The position numbers and the translations under genes are program-made. Below are positions 17,038-25,854 of a stretch of 45,018 bases of DNA, piece after piece (the stretch's first letter is position 1; every line of letters begins with the position of its first letter). Origin of the DNA: a virus; IMG/VR virus record IMGVR_UViG_3300023208_000002, one strand, 5' to 3'. The notes under the pieces were generated by a model. It was not told where the DNA came from. It did no database searches and was given only the letters and a program-made list of their open reading frames with translations.

Positions 17038-17120
17038 AACTGCCTCCGTTATAGCCTAAATTGGTGTGGCAATGGTAGGCTCTCCCATCTTTCGAGTTGC
17101 AATCTCTAGCCACACTGAAA

Positions 17121-17396
17121 TCATACTTCGTCTGTCCAGATAAGTAAATAACGAGTACCTAAGCCAGTGTATTCAGGATCACTGTTTCCATCTATATCAA
17201 CAAAGATAAAACCATGACCCAAGTAGGTTCGGTTTAGGCATATTCGATTTAATAATACATTGCCATCATTATTATTAGATAAACTGATATATAAATTATT
17301 TAATCTAGTTTCTAGCGTGATTGACCAAGTAACACCATTTAGTGATGTGGTGAAAAATTGGTTCGGGACTTGTGCTAACGGTATTTGATAAATCAT
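17121..17396 (-). CDS. Tail/baseplate assembly protein (91 aa)
   Basis: Position between the tape-measure-proximal gene and the hub gene; 4-nt overlap. Confidence 0.45.
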   Translation of the reverse strand: MIYQIPLAQVPNQFFTTSLNGVTWSITLETRLNNLYISLSNNNDGNVLLNRICLNRTYLGHGFIFVDIDGNSDPEYTGLGTRYLLIWTDEV

Positions 17397-18010
17397 AATC
17401 CAAGAATACCTCTTACTACATTTCCAACTATATTATCACCACCCAGAATGCTAGTAGATTGTTTAGCTCCACCATCTACAGTTTTAGAGTCGCTAGGTGC
17501 TTTTACTTCTTCAATAGAATATTCCACTTTAGCCTCTAACACTTCTTCAAGATCAATATTAACAGTGATCATAGTTGCGCCATCTTGAGCAGAACGAGCA
17601 TGATTGATACCAACAATCTGATAATTTAGATAAACGTATTCAGGTGTAATGATGTGAAAGCTTACAGTTGACTTTAATAGAGCTTCAATCTGACCTAGAA
17701 ACAGACTTCTTTCTAAAACTCCACCACTGCCCTTTGACATTGAAACGGTAGCCATAGACGGTGCATTCACTTTGTTATATGAAGCAAACGATCCTTGTTC
17801 TACTGGGTATTTTGAAATACTAGAGCCAGCATCATAATTCATGCTCACAACAGTATCAGCTAAAACAATAGGGATGCCAAATTGATTGACAATCCCCCAT
17901 GTTTTGCCAAAAACTGCATTAATTAAAGCAGCACCACCCAACGAAAGCCCGACATTTGTCAAAGCTTCCACTGGTATAAAATCTGGCACAGAAGGCATTC
18001 CAGCTAACAT
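17393..18010 (-). CDS. Tail protein downstream of the tape measure (Mu gp43 / tube-initiator position)
   Basis: 205 aa; called on synteny only. Confidence 0.4.
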   Translation of the reverse strand: MLAGMPSVPDFIPVEALTNVGLSLGGAALINAVFGKTWGIVNQFGIPIVLADTVVSMNYDAGSSISKYPVEQGSFASYNKVNAPSMATVSMSKGSGGVLERSLFLGQIEALLKSTVSFHIITPEYVYLNYQIVGINHARSAQDGATMITVNIDLEEVLEAKVEYSIEEVKAPSDSKTVDGGAKQSTSILGGDNIVGNVVRGILGL

Positions 18011-18017
18011 AAATCAC

Positions 18018-20066
18018 CTAATTAAATGAATTTCGGAATTGATAGAATTGATCTTTAACTGCGCCCATTGCGTCTTGAACGTTACCAGTAACGGTACTTG
18101 ATGAAGTCTGAATATTAATATCTCCTACATTCACCTGAACTTCATTAGCCTTGTTTGCAGTAGATTGGTTCTGTCTAGCCTTGGTTAAGTCAATGAAATC
18201 ACCTTGACGAGTAGATTGAAGTGCGGCCGCAACAGCTTGATTGCCAATAGTAGCTTTATTAAATCCAGCCGCATCATGAACACCGCCGCCAGTAGTTTTT
18301 TGAATAGATGCCCAGCGAGCCGCAAGAACGTTGTTCTGAAATTGCTCAGGCGTGGCTTTGCCAGCACGCACAGCATTTAAACCATACTTACCCTTGCTTA
18401 AGATTGCCATTGCCATAGCATCCTGATTTTCAGGGCTAAACATATCTTTGTCACTTAATCCAGCAGCACGGATATAGTCATCAAAGCCAGAATAAATAAA
18501 CTGATAACGACCCATTGCCGAGGATCTGCGGTTAGCAGGAATGCCGCGAGATTTCTGTTCATTTAGATTTGCCCTTTGCAATTCTTTAACTTGCCCAATC
18601 GTCAATTGAGATAAGTCTTTACCAAATTTTTGTTGTGCGGAGATTCGAGAGCCGCGATAAGCCACGTTATAGCCACTTGCTCCAGTGGTTCCGACTTCTC
18701 CTTTTGCGATTAAATCTAAAATTGCATTACCGCCTTTTGATGTTGCGCTTGCAATTGATGGAGCGGATGAAGTTGGGGTTCTTGGGTTTACAAGATTACC
18801 TACAGCATTGGCCAGTGTTCCCTGTGCTTGACCTGTTAAGTCGTCAACAACACCAGCAACGTTTGCACCAAATTGTTTGATCATTGCCCAAGCTTGAGCG
18901 CCAGCGCCTCTAAAGTCGCCACTCAATAGCTTTTGAATTACTTCAGCATAGCCTTGCAAAGTAGGCATTGCGCTACTCATAATTTCTTTGGTTAAGTTTT
19001 TAAATGCATTTTTAAGATTATCAGTCGATAAGGTTGAGTCATCAATATACTTTCTGAATGCGCCCCAATCGAATAAAGACTTGCCACCCTCTGCCCAAGT
19101 TTTATAGTCATCATAAAGTAGGCCAAATGCCGCGCCTAAAGCACCTACAACTAAAATAAATGGAGCAAATGGAGCGATAAACGCTAAAGCCGCAATAGTA
19201 GCCTTTGCTAGAATTGGAATTAAGATAGCACCAATTACAAATGCTATGCCTTTAAATACCGCCTGTACTGCTTGTTGTTTTTCTTGAAGATATTCGAATA
19301 TACCAAGCGCAACTTCACTAAGTTTCACAAATAACGGGATGATAGCATTTGCCATCATTGTTTTAAGTGATTCCCAATGCTGACCTAGCAATGCACGGTT
19401 TTGCGCTAATTGACGAGATGCTTTTAATTCTTCTTCAGAAGATTTGTACATCTTAGATTGATATTCAAGCATCTTCTCCATTTCTTTACGCCCTTGTACA
19501 AGCGTATTGAATGTACCCTCATCAATTCCCATTTTTGAGGCAATAGAAAATGCTTGCTCGCGATCCATTTTAGAGAATGAATCCGCAAGGTCTAACATCA
19601 CATCATCAGTTTTTCTTAGCTTACCTTGAGCATCGACCATGCCAACACCCAAAGCATTCATGAATGGCAATAGAGTAGTATCGCCCATTGTGACAAAATC
19701 ATTCATTCCCATGTTTAGGGATTTGATTGATTCAGTCATGCCTTGAGCAGAACCACCCATTGCACCAGCAGCGCCTTGCCAGTTCTTGATAGTGCTTGCT
19801 GACATTCCTAGATTGCGCTCAAGATGATAAAGCTCGTCATTGAGCTTTTGCACCTGATCAACCATTCTAAGAATGCCAGTAGCAGTAGCAGCTACACTAA
19901 ACCACCGCGCTAAAGTCTTTGTTACGTTGCCAACGATCTTATCAGTTTCACTGACAGACTTATTCAGCTTGTCATTATTTGACTTGGCTTTTTCGGCTTC
20001 ACGATTATATTGTGAGCCGTCCAACCCAAGCTTTACAATTATCGACTCAACAATATTTTCAGCCAT
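18018..20066 (-). CDS. Tape measure protein with lambda-R-like (GH104) lytic transglycosylase domain
   Basis: 682 aa with a coiled-coil N-part and central hydrophobic segments. SSAMGRYQFIYSGFDDYIRAAGLSDKDMFSPENQDAMAMAIL...ARWASI aligns with lambda R GAGRYQLLSRWWDAYRKQLGLKDFSPKSQDAVALQQI...NIWASL. Confidence 0.8.
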   Translation of the reverse strand: MAENIVESIIVKLGLDGSQYNREAEKAKSNNDKLNKSVSETDKIVGNVTKTLARWFSVAATATGILRMVDQVQKLNDELYHLERNLGMSASTIKNWQGAAGAMGGSAQGMTESIKSLNMGMNDFVTMGDTTLLPFMNALGVGMVDAQGKLRKTDDVMLDLADSFSKMDREQAFSIASKMGIDEGTFNTLVQGRKEMEKMLEYQSKMYKSSEEELKASRQLAQNRALLGQHWESLKTMMANAIIPLFVKLSEVALGIFEYLQEKQQAVQAVFKGIAFVIGAILIPILAKATIAALAFIAPFAPFILVVGALGAAFGLLYDDYKTWAEGGKSLFDWGAFRKYIDDSTLSTDNLKNAFKNLTKEIMSSAMPTLQGYAEVIQKLLSGDFRGAGAQAWAMIKQFGANVAGVVDDLTGQAQGTLANAVGNLVNPRTPTSSAPSIASATSKGGNAILDLIAKGEVGTTGASGYNVAYRGSRISAQQKFGKDLSQLTIGQVKELQRANLNEQKSRGIPANRRSSAMGRYQFIYSGFDDYIRAAGLSDKDMFSPENQDAMAMAILSKGKYGLNAVRAGKATPEQFQNNVLAARWASIQKTTGGGVHDAAGFNKATIGNQAVAAALQSTRQGDFIDLTKARQNQSTANKANEVQVNVGDINIQTSSSTVTGNVQDAMGAVKDQFYQFRNSFN

Positions 20067-20068
20067 TT

Positions 20069-20311
20069 TTACCTCTGTTCCTGACTAGCAAAATATTTAA
20101 TTTTTGCTTCGTTGTAGTCGGCGACTTGCTTAACCTCAATCATGTTTAGCGCACCCTCAAGACCGATACAAGTGTTTAATTGGTGGTAACTACACATTCC
20201 AGTCAATAACGCCCTATATACGGTTTCAGATACATTTAGAGGGCTAGCCAATACACCTTCTTTTAGATCCTGATTGCTCATCGCGTCCTTGCGATAAGAA
20301 TAATCAAGCAT
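20069..20311 (-). CDS. Tail assembly chaperone, downstream frame (probably expressed as a -1 frameshift fusion)
   Basis: It lies in the -1 frame relative to 20311..20736 and is reachable from slippery site 20329-20335. Confidence 0.55.
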   Translation of the reverse strand: MLDYSYRKDAMSNQDLKEGVLASPLNVSETVYRALLTGMCSYHQLNTCIGLEGALNMIEVKQVADYNEAKIKYFASQEQR

Positions 20312-20736
20312 TAAGCTTCGCCTTGTTCCAAAAAATTAATATGAATCCCAACGGCGTGAGCAGCTAGAATTGTAAAGTTTTCAAAATCCTTAATCTCCTG
20401 ATCCCACATGCACATGCGAGGCTCACCAGCTTTAGGAATAATTTGAACACAACGATCAAGGAGATCAAATTTAAGCGCCCTAGACTCTTCGCGCGGGATT
20501 CTTCCAATAATTGTGATAATTGCAGCGCCAATTTCAATCATTCCAGCCATGGACTTTGTATCAAGATTAAGAATGTTTACATTTTTCAAATCCACACCAC
20601 TAAGTGTGGCTTGCTCCAAAAGATGATGCGCCCACTCATCCGCTTGAATTGCTGGCATTTCAGTAATTTTGAAAGATTTACCTTTATCGCGACCTTTTTC
20701 AATAGTAACGATTTTTGTCTTTAAGCCTTCAGACAT
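20311..20736 (-). CDS. Tail assembly chaperone (gpG/gpE-like position)
   Basis: 141 aa; sits between the tube and tape-measure genes. Confidence 0.6.
   Translation of the reverse strand: MSEGLKTKIVTIEKGRDKGKSFKITEMPAIQADEWAHHLLEQATLSGVDLKNVNILNLDTKSMAGMIEIGAAIITIIGRIPREESRALKFDLLDRCVQIIPKAGEPRMCMWDQEIKDFENFTILAAHAVGIHINFLEQGEA
20329..20335 (-). promoter_or_regulatory. Candidate -1 programmed frameshift site T_TTT_TTG
   Basis: Zero-frame codons AAT TTT TTG, five codons before the stop. The -1 frame reads FFGTRRSL then MLDYSYRK..., which is ORF 20069..20311. Confidence 0.55.
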
Positions 20737-20761
20737 TTTTTTAGCCTCTAAAAAAATAGAA

Positions 20762-20777
20762 AGGGGATTTCTCCCCT
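20762..20777 (-). terminator. Intrinsic terminator after the tail tube gene
   Basis: agggga-tttc-tcccct followed on the minus strand by TTCTATTTTTTT. Confidence 0.65.
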
Positions 20778-20782
20778 TATGG

Positions 20783-21232
20783 TTAGTTAGTTTCTTCGAT
20801 ACCGCTAGACATCATATTAAAGTTGTATGTATGCCCGTTTAAAAGCTGTGCAATACCAGTACCACCAGATTTAGTTACCATTGTACCTGTAAGCGTTTGT
20901 TTGCGCTTAACAGATGGATAGCTTACTTGGAACTCACAGCGGCGAACTTCCATGTTTTGAATAAAGTCATTATAGACAGTTTCCAAAACTGGTACAGATC
21001 GGCTATTTGCTTCAAGTGATACAGTAATCGGGGTTTCATGCGGAATGAAGCCCATAGACTGCTTACCATCAACACCAACACGGGTTTGAGCTAATGTAAC
21101 ATCAGAGAACGTTACAAATGCGTCAGACTGTGCGCCTTCAATAGTAATCCAGTCATCATACAAACCAACACAGCGGAACTGTACAATACTATTTGCCGCT
21201 GTAATAGTATTTGGATTATATCCCATTGCCAT
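20783..21232 (-). CDS. Tail tube protein
   Basis: 149 aa; immediately downstream of the sheath gene. Confidence 0.65.
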   Translation of the reverse strand: MAMGYNPNTITAANSIVQFRCVGLYDDWITIEGAQSDAFVTFSDVTLAQTRVGVDGKQSMGFIPHETPITVSLEANSRSVPVLETVYNDFIQNMEVRRCEFQVSYPSVKRKQTLTGTMVTKSGGTGIAQLLNGHTYNFNMMSSGIEETN

Positions 21233-21244
21233 AAGTTAATCTCC

Positions 21245-22708
21245 TTACTGAACGTTAGTAGCAGTCATTTCTAGACGTTGCATGCTAGAGCCGTCCGTAT
21301 AGAATAACTTGATGATAAATGATTCACGTGCAACGCGTGTTTGAGAATCTGGAAGAGTAACGGATAAAGCCCAGCCTTTTGTAAACAATTGACTAGCAGC
21401 ATCAAAACCAGCTTCTTGGTTCACTTGGAATTTTTGAGCATTAGACAAGTTTACACCAGCGCGGATACCACCAAAGTTAATACCCTGATCAATTGGATCT
21501 TGTGAGTACGCTCGAACTGTAGCAATACCTTGATCATTGTATGGAATTGTCTTTTGAGCTTGGAACATGTTCATATACGCAAGCTGTAATTGAGTACGCA
21601 AGAACACTTGGAAGTCAAAGTTATCAATCCACTTGTATTGACCAGTTACAGAGCCATTGCCAGCAAACTGGAATCGGTCATTAGCGGTTGCCCAAGCGCC
21701 ATAAAATGAATAGCCATTTTTAACTAATGTTTCTGCATCGGCTTCATTAGTCACATCTGGAACTAAACCATCTTGACTACGGAAAGCAGTAGTTGTGCGT
21801 CCATTTTCTTCTTGATAGTTAATTGAGCCAGAAACACCGCATAAGAAAGCAGCTTTATCAAAAGTTCCGTAAATGGGTGTTACGCCACTTGTGTTTGCTA
21901 CTGCCCATTCGCCAAATGAAGCACCGCTTTGACCAAGAGCAACAGGATCAAGCCCCCAGCTGTAAAGTTTGAATCGACTATTTTGTTGAGTAATCCAAGT
22001 AGCAAAAGCTTTTAGAGCATCGTCATCAAATACGCCATTTGCATAAGTGAAGTTCACAAAGTTACTGCTAAACTGAATTGCATTCAATGCGGCAGTTTCA
22101 GGCGTATCTTGCGTTGTATGATTGTTTAGGATTGCGCCAGTGTCTTGAGTTAATTTCAACTTATCAGCCACAGTACCAGTCGCAAAGCTAATGGTTGAGC
22201 CTTCACCTGTAGTACCAGATTGAATTACAAAACCTTTGGTTGTGGATTGGTAAACACAAGTCAAAGTTAATGCTGTGCCGATTAGAGCAGCCGCATCGCT
22301 ATATGAGTTTGCAGTGCTTAAATCGACAGTAACGTTCTTTGATACACCATCAACAACGATATTCAGACTGCCGTTAATCAATTTAAGGTCGGTAATGCTT
22401 GTACCAGTAATATCACCGCCGATAATAGTGGCAGGGTATTCATCTGAATTATATGTTGCAATGAATAGCGAGTTTGGTCGAGTAGTTGCGTTATTAAAGC
22501 CGTTAAAGTAAACGGTCGCAAACTTATAAACATCACTTTCTAAACCGTAGTGCTGACCGACCAAAGTATTAGAAAAATATTCATAGTTTGGATATACAGC
22601 TTCATTTACAAATAAAGTTGTATTTAATCCTAGTGGATTGCCACCGCCACCAATTACGGCAGGGTAGACAGCAGCAATATTACTTGCTGGGATAGAGTTA
22701 AACTGCAT
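21245..22708 (-). CDS. Tail sheath protein
   Basis: 487 aa from ATG 22708 (GGAG RBS), MQFNSIPASN.... Size and position upstream of the tube gene support the call. The longer track ORF start would overlap the previous gene by about 100 nt. Confidence 0.7.
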   Translation of the reverse strand: MQFNSIPASNIAAVYPAVIGGGGNPLGLNTTLFVNEAVYPNYEYFSNTLVGQHYGLESDVYKFATVYFNGFNNATTRPNSLFIATYNSDEYPATIIGGDITGTSITDLKLINGSLNIVVDGVSKNVTVDLSTANSYSDAAALIGTALTLTCVYQSTTKGFVIQSGTTGEGSTISFATGTVADKLKLTQDTGAILNNHTTQDTPETAALNAIQFSSNFVNFTYANGVFDDDALKAFATWITQQNSRFKLYSWGLDPVALGQSGASFGEWAVANTSGVTPIYGTFDKAAFLCGVSGSINYQEENGRTTTAFRSQDGLVPDVTNEADAETLVKNGYSFYGAWATANDRFQFAGNGSVTGQYKWIDNFDFQVFLRTQLQLAYMNMFQAQKTIPYNDQGIATVRAYSQDPIDQGINFGGIRAGVNLSNAQKFQVNQEAGFDAASQLFTKGWALSVTLPDSQTRVARESFIIKLFYTDGSSMQRLEMTATNVQ

Positions 22709-23192
22709 TGATAGACTCCAAATCGATTTGAGAAACGTCTTCCAGTATATTAACTGTTTTTTCGTACTTTGTATTGTATTGCAAGTCGGCTTCAATCATA
22801 AAGCGCAATTCATACATTCCAGCCTCATTAACGAAAGATAAATCGCGTATGCGTGGATTGCCCAATGGTACGCAGTTAATTAGCGTATCAGTAGTATAAG
22901 GGCTATTCCATAGCGTTTGCACTTCTTGCGCCCGATCCATTGAATCTGGTCCGTAAAAATCTAACTGCATTGTGCCTTGCATAGAATTAAAGATGATCTG
23001 TTTGTTGCCATCATAATTAACAGACTTTTGATCCAAATGACGACCATGCATAAAAGTAATGATAATTGCATTTTTAGGGATTGGGTTTAGGTTGTTGTAA
23101 CCCCTAATTACCGTTGTGTCATTTGCGGGTAGATTAAAGGTTTTAAGCAGATATTGACGCATATCTGTGTAAAGGTCGGTTAATATACTCAT
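22698..23192 (-). CDS. Tail completion / terminator-like protein
   Basis: 164 aa; synteny only. Confidence 0.4.
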   Translation of the reverse strand: MSILTDLYTDMRQYLLKTFNLPANDTTVIRGYNNLNPIPKNAIIITFMHGRHLDQKSVNYDGNKQIIFNSMQGTMQLDFYGPDSMDRAQEVQTLWNSPYTTDTLINCVPLGNPRIRDLSFVNEAGMYELRFMIEADLQYNTKYEKTVNILEDVSQIDLESINAV

Positions 23193-23602
23193 TCACTCAC
23201 CTTATATATCACTTCAGCAACAAATGGGTCGCTAACAAATCCATCATCACCATGAGGGTCATGATATGGGAATCCGTTATTGTAAATAACAGCGTGATCG
23301 TTACCTCTTTTGGATGTCCCACAGACTATATAAAAGAAGTTCTCGTCACTATGAAAAGGTAGGTATCCATCTTTGTCATAATAGTGATACCGCGCCATAG
23401 CATAGCCATTATCACTTAAGAAGCTAAATATTAGCCTGTAAAATTCATTTGCCTTTTCTTGATAAGGCTCAATCCCTTCCACTAGATCAATAAATCTAGG
23501 AACCTCATTAAAATCAATTTGTAAAAGAGATGCTATACATGCTGTTACGCAAGTTCCCTTTTTTCCAAAAGAATCTTGAAAAACTTTATTGCATTTGTTC
23601 AT
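23189..23602 (-). CDS. Hypothetical protein with papain-like Cys/His peptidase features
   Basis: GKKGTCVTACIASLL (candidate nucleophile Cys) and GNDHAVIYNNG (candidate His). Confidence 0.4.
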   Translation of the reverse strand: MNKCNKVFQDSFGKKGTCVTACIASLLQIDFNEVPRFIDLVEGIEPYQEKANEFYRLIFSFLSDNGYAMARYHYYDKDGYLPFHSDENFFYIVCGTSKRGNDHAVIYNNGFPYHDPHGDDGFVSDPFVAEVIYKVSE

Positions 23603-24102
23603 GGCGCGAATACTCCCTGTGTAAATGGCTTAGCATCAGATCCAGCAAATCCGAAATAACGAGCATCATGTGGCGATTCTTTGCCAGTATTTTGAACCAG
23701 CACTTTCACCCATCCATCATAGTTGTTTTCACCTTCGATAGCGATTTCATCACAATAAGACTCAAGCACAGCCTTAACTTGCCATTCAGTAGGAAATTCT
23801 TCACCGTATGGATTCATAACAATAATAGACGTACCTTTTTGCATAGCTCGTCTAATCGCTGGAATCATGCCATCAGCATAGATGGATAAGAATTGCCCTT
23901 GTTGGTTAGCAAATCCAAGATGCTTCAAATCCTCCACGCTCATTGACTGAGCTTGCACGACTTTAGGCTGTACAATGTATTGTGGAACTTGTGTTCCATC
24001 TGGCGTGACAGTAAAACCTGTACTTACTTTCAATAATGCTTCTGTGTTGCTATTTACTGCCGTTGTGATGCTATTAGCTATACTTCTTAATCTTAGACCC
24101 AT
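23599..24102 (-). CDS. Neck / head-tail joining protein
   Basis: 167 aa; synteny only. Confidence 0.4.
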   Translation of the reverse strand: MGLRLRSIANSITTAVNSNTEALLKVSTGFTVTPDGTQVPQYIVQPKVVQAQSMSVEDLKHLGFANQQGQFLSIYADGMIPAIRRAMQKGTSIIVMNPYGEEFPTEWQVKAVLESYCDEIAIEGENNYDGWVKVLVQNTGKESPHDARYFGFAGSDAKPFTQGVFAP

Positions 24103-24109
24103 TAAAAAA

Positions 24110-24129
24110 GCCCCATCGTTTGATGAGGC
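24110..24129 (-). terminator. Intrinsic terminator after the clamp-like gene
   Basis: 8-bp stem with one mismatch (gccccatc/gatgaggc), followed on the minus strand by TTTTTT, which abuts ATG 24102. Confidence 0.65.
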
Positions 24130-24139
24130 TATTTTAACA

Positions 24140-24697
24140 TTAAATTCGTCTTGGCATTAACAGCCCATGCGCCTTTTCTGTCAATTCCACATAAGCACAA
24201 TTTATTTCAGTGGTTGGGAATATTTCTGGAGAATGGTTTAATCCAAGAATTTTACCAACTTTCAAAAATAAATTTAAATAATTAAAATCAAAACTTGGAA
24301 AGTTTTTAAATTCAACTTTTTCTGGTTTTTCAATATCAACCTTTTTAATGTCTGGAAATTTTCCATCAATTGGTTTAAATAACTCAAGCGACCCATTATG
24401 ATCAAGCAACCAAAAATCACTATCCTCAGCCAATTGATGCAATTTGACAGTTTTAAACATTGGATTATTTCCAACTTTTTTTATTAAAGAGTCTATTGTT
24501 TCTGCTGGAATAATTAGATCAAAGCCAGATAAGTTTTCATCATCGACAATTAAAGCAATATGTCCATTTGTTGACGCAATAAATCCGTCTCCAATGTAGA
24601 CGCCAGTTAAATAAAATCTAACATCATTTTTTGCTTTGCAAATAGATGCTGCTTTTAAATTTTTGTATTCGATTTCTACAGTTTTTAAAAATTTCAT
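24140..24697 (-). CDS. Truncated DNA polymerase III beta sliding-clamp homologue (185 aa)
   Basis: Three matches to E. coli DnaN: DVRFYLTGVYI...ASTNGHIALIV vs DVRYYLNGMLF...VATDGHRLAV; IDGKFPDIKKV vs VDGRFPDYRRV; C-terminal GLLMPRRI vs YVVMPMRL. Confidence 0.6.
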   Translation of the reverse strand: MKFLKTVEIEYKNLKAASICKAKNDVRFYLTGVYIGDGFIASTNGHIALIVDDENLSGFDLIIPAETIDSLIKKVGNNPMFKTVKLHQLAEDSDFWLLDHNGSLELFKPIDGKFPDIKKVDIEKPEKVEFKNFPSFDFNYLNLFLKVGKILGLNHSPEIFPTTEINCAYVELTEKAHGLLMPRRI

Positions 24698-24729
24698 TTT
24701 AAATTCCCGATAAAGATTATTGAGATTTA

Positions 24730-24758
24730 ATTATATTTATTTACTATTGAGAATGCAA
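24730..24758 (-). promoter_or_regulatory. Conserved-box promoter C: TTGCAT-17-TATAAT with the box (24739-24754) inverted inside the spacer
   Basis: -35 at 24753-24758 and -10 at 24730-24735 (minus-strand reading). The exact 16-mer is present but in the opposite orientation to the other sites. Confidence 0.55.
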
Positions 24759-24770
24759 TAGGTGTTTTAA

Positions 24771-24956
24771 TTAATCTATAACTTTTGTTGTGAAGAGTGT
24801 TTGATCAAATATAAGTATTGCCTTAATGTAATCATCTGAACACTTACCAAGATCAACATCATTCAATTGTCTTGATTCTGCACCCTTGAAATATTCAATG
24901 GCTTTTTCAATCTTTTGGTAAAGCTTTTCTGAGTTTACTTGTATTGATACTCTCAT
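24771..24956 (-). CDS. Hypothetical protein (61 aa)
   Basis: 4-nt overlap with the upstream gene. Confidence 0.45.
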   Translation of the reverse strand: MRVSIQVNSEKLYQKIEKAIEYFKGAESRQLNDVDLGKCSDDYIKAILIFDQTLFTTKVID

Positions 24957-25390
24957 AGTTTACCCTCAACAACTTCGTATTTGATTGAGTCGTGCATTAA
25001 CATAGTATCTCGTAACGGGGCGTTAAATCCCTTCTTAGCAATCGTATAAGGCGAGTTTGGTGGGTCACTCCATATCATAATAGAGTGCTGAATCTCATTC
25101 TGCATACTCAACCCAACCAAATTAAGCGTATGCTCTAATGTATACCCAGCCTTGATACCTTTCTTGGTTAGCTCCACCCAAGCATCCTTTTGCTCTCTTA
25201 CGGTGGTTCTCATAAATGGGCGACTCGGAATATTCTTAAACCCATACTCGTTCTTATAAGCCACAGTAGCAACGCTAGTGCCGTCTGGATATTTAGACCC
25301 TTCCAAGACACCAGCCTTCACATACTGATCATTACTAGAGATTAAGCGGTTTAATGCTTGGTCTAGTGAGCCTGTGCGTTTTATTGACAT
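24953..25390 (-). CDS. HK97 gp10-like head-tail joining protein
   Basis: VATVAYKNEYGFKNIPSRPFMRTTV pattern. Confidence 0.55.
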   Translation of the reverse strand: MSIKRTGSLDQALNRLISSNDQYVKAGVLEGSKYPDGTSVATVAYKNEYGFKNIPSRPFMRTTVREQKDAWVELTKKGIKAGYTLEHTLNLVGLSMQNEIQHSIMIWSDPPNSPYTIAKKGFNAPLRDTMLMHDSIKYEVVEGKL

Positions 25391-25392
25391 TA

Positions 25393-25845
25393 CTAATAAT
25401 TACCCCATCCGAAAGGATAAGGCCATTTAGTGCGCTTAACTGGCATCGGAGCGGTAGCAGCAACCCACAATGCTGTGCGATATGGCGCAGTAAACGCATA
25501 GAATTTAGCCCCGTAAGGCGTTTGTTTGAGCCACTGCTCTAAAGCACCGCTACCCATAGAATAATCAGTGCTAATAGACACGGAACCTTCTGTAGCAGAG
25601 CTAATACGACCAACTAAGCCAGAGTTTCCGTCATTGATCCTATTTTGCAATTCTGCGTTATGAGCAACGAGAAGATAAAACCACTTTTTACGATCTTTCA
25701 GACTAAAACAAGATGACTCTGTATTATCGACAATAGTGTTTTCTACTTCCTCAAAGAAGTTTGTTAGCTGTTCATTAGTGAACTTTGCAAACTGCGGATA
25801 AGCAAGCTTAAACGCAGTAGGATCAAAAACGAAAACGTTAGACAT
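25393..25845 (-). CDS. Head-tail connector (DUF4054-like)
   Basis: N-terminal FDPTAFKLAYPQFAKFTNEQL pattern. Confidence 0.55.
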   Translation of the reverse strand: MSNVFVFDPTAFKLAYPQFAKFTNEQLTNFFEEVENTIVDNTESSCFSLKDRKKWFYLLVAHNAELQNRINDGNSGLVGRISSATEGSVSISTDYSMGSGALEQWLKQTPYGAKFYAFTAPYRTALWVAATAPMPVKRTKWPYPFGWGNY

Positions 25846-25854
25846 ATCTAGTCC

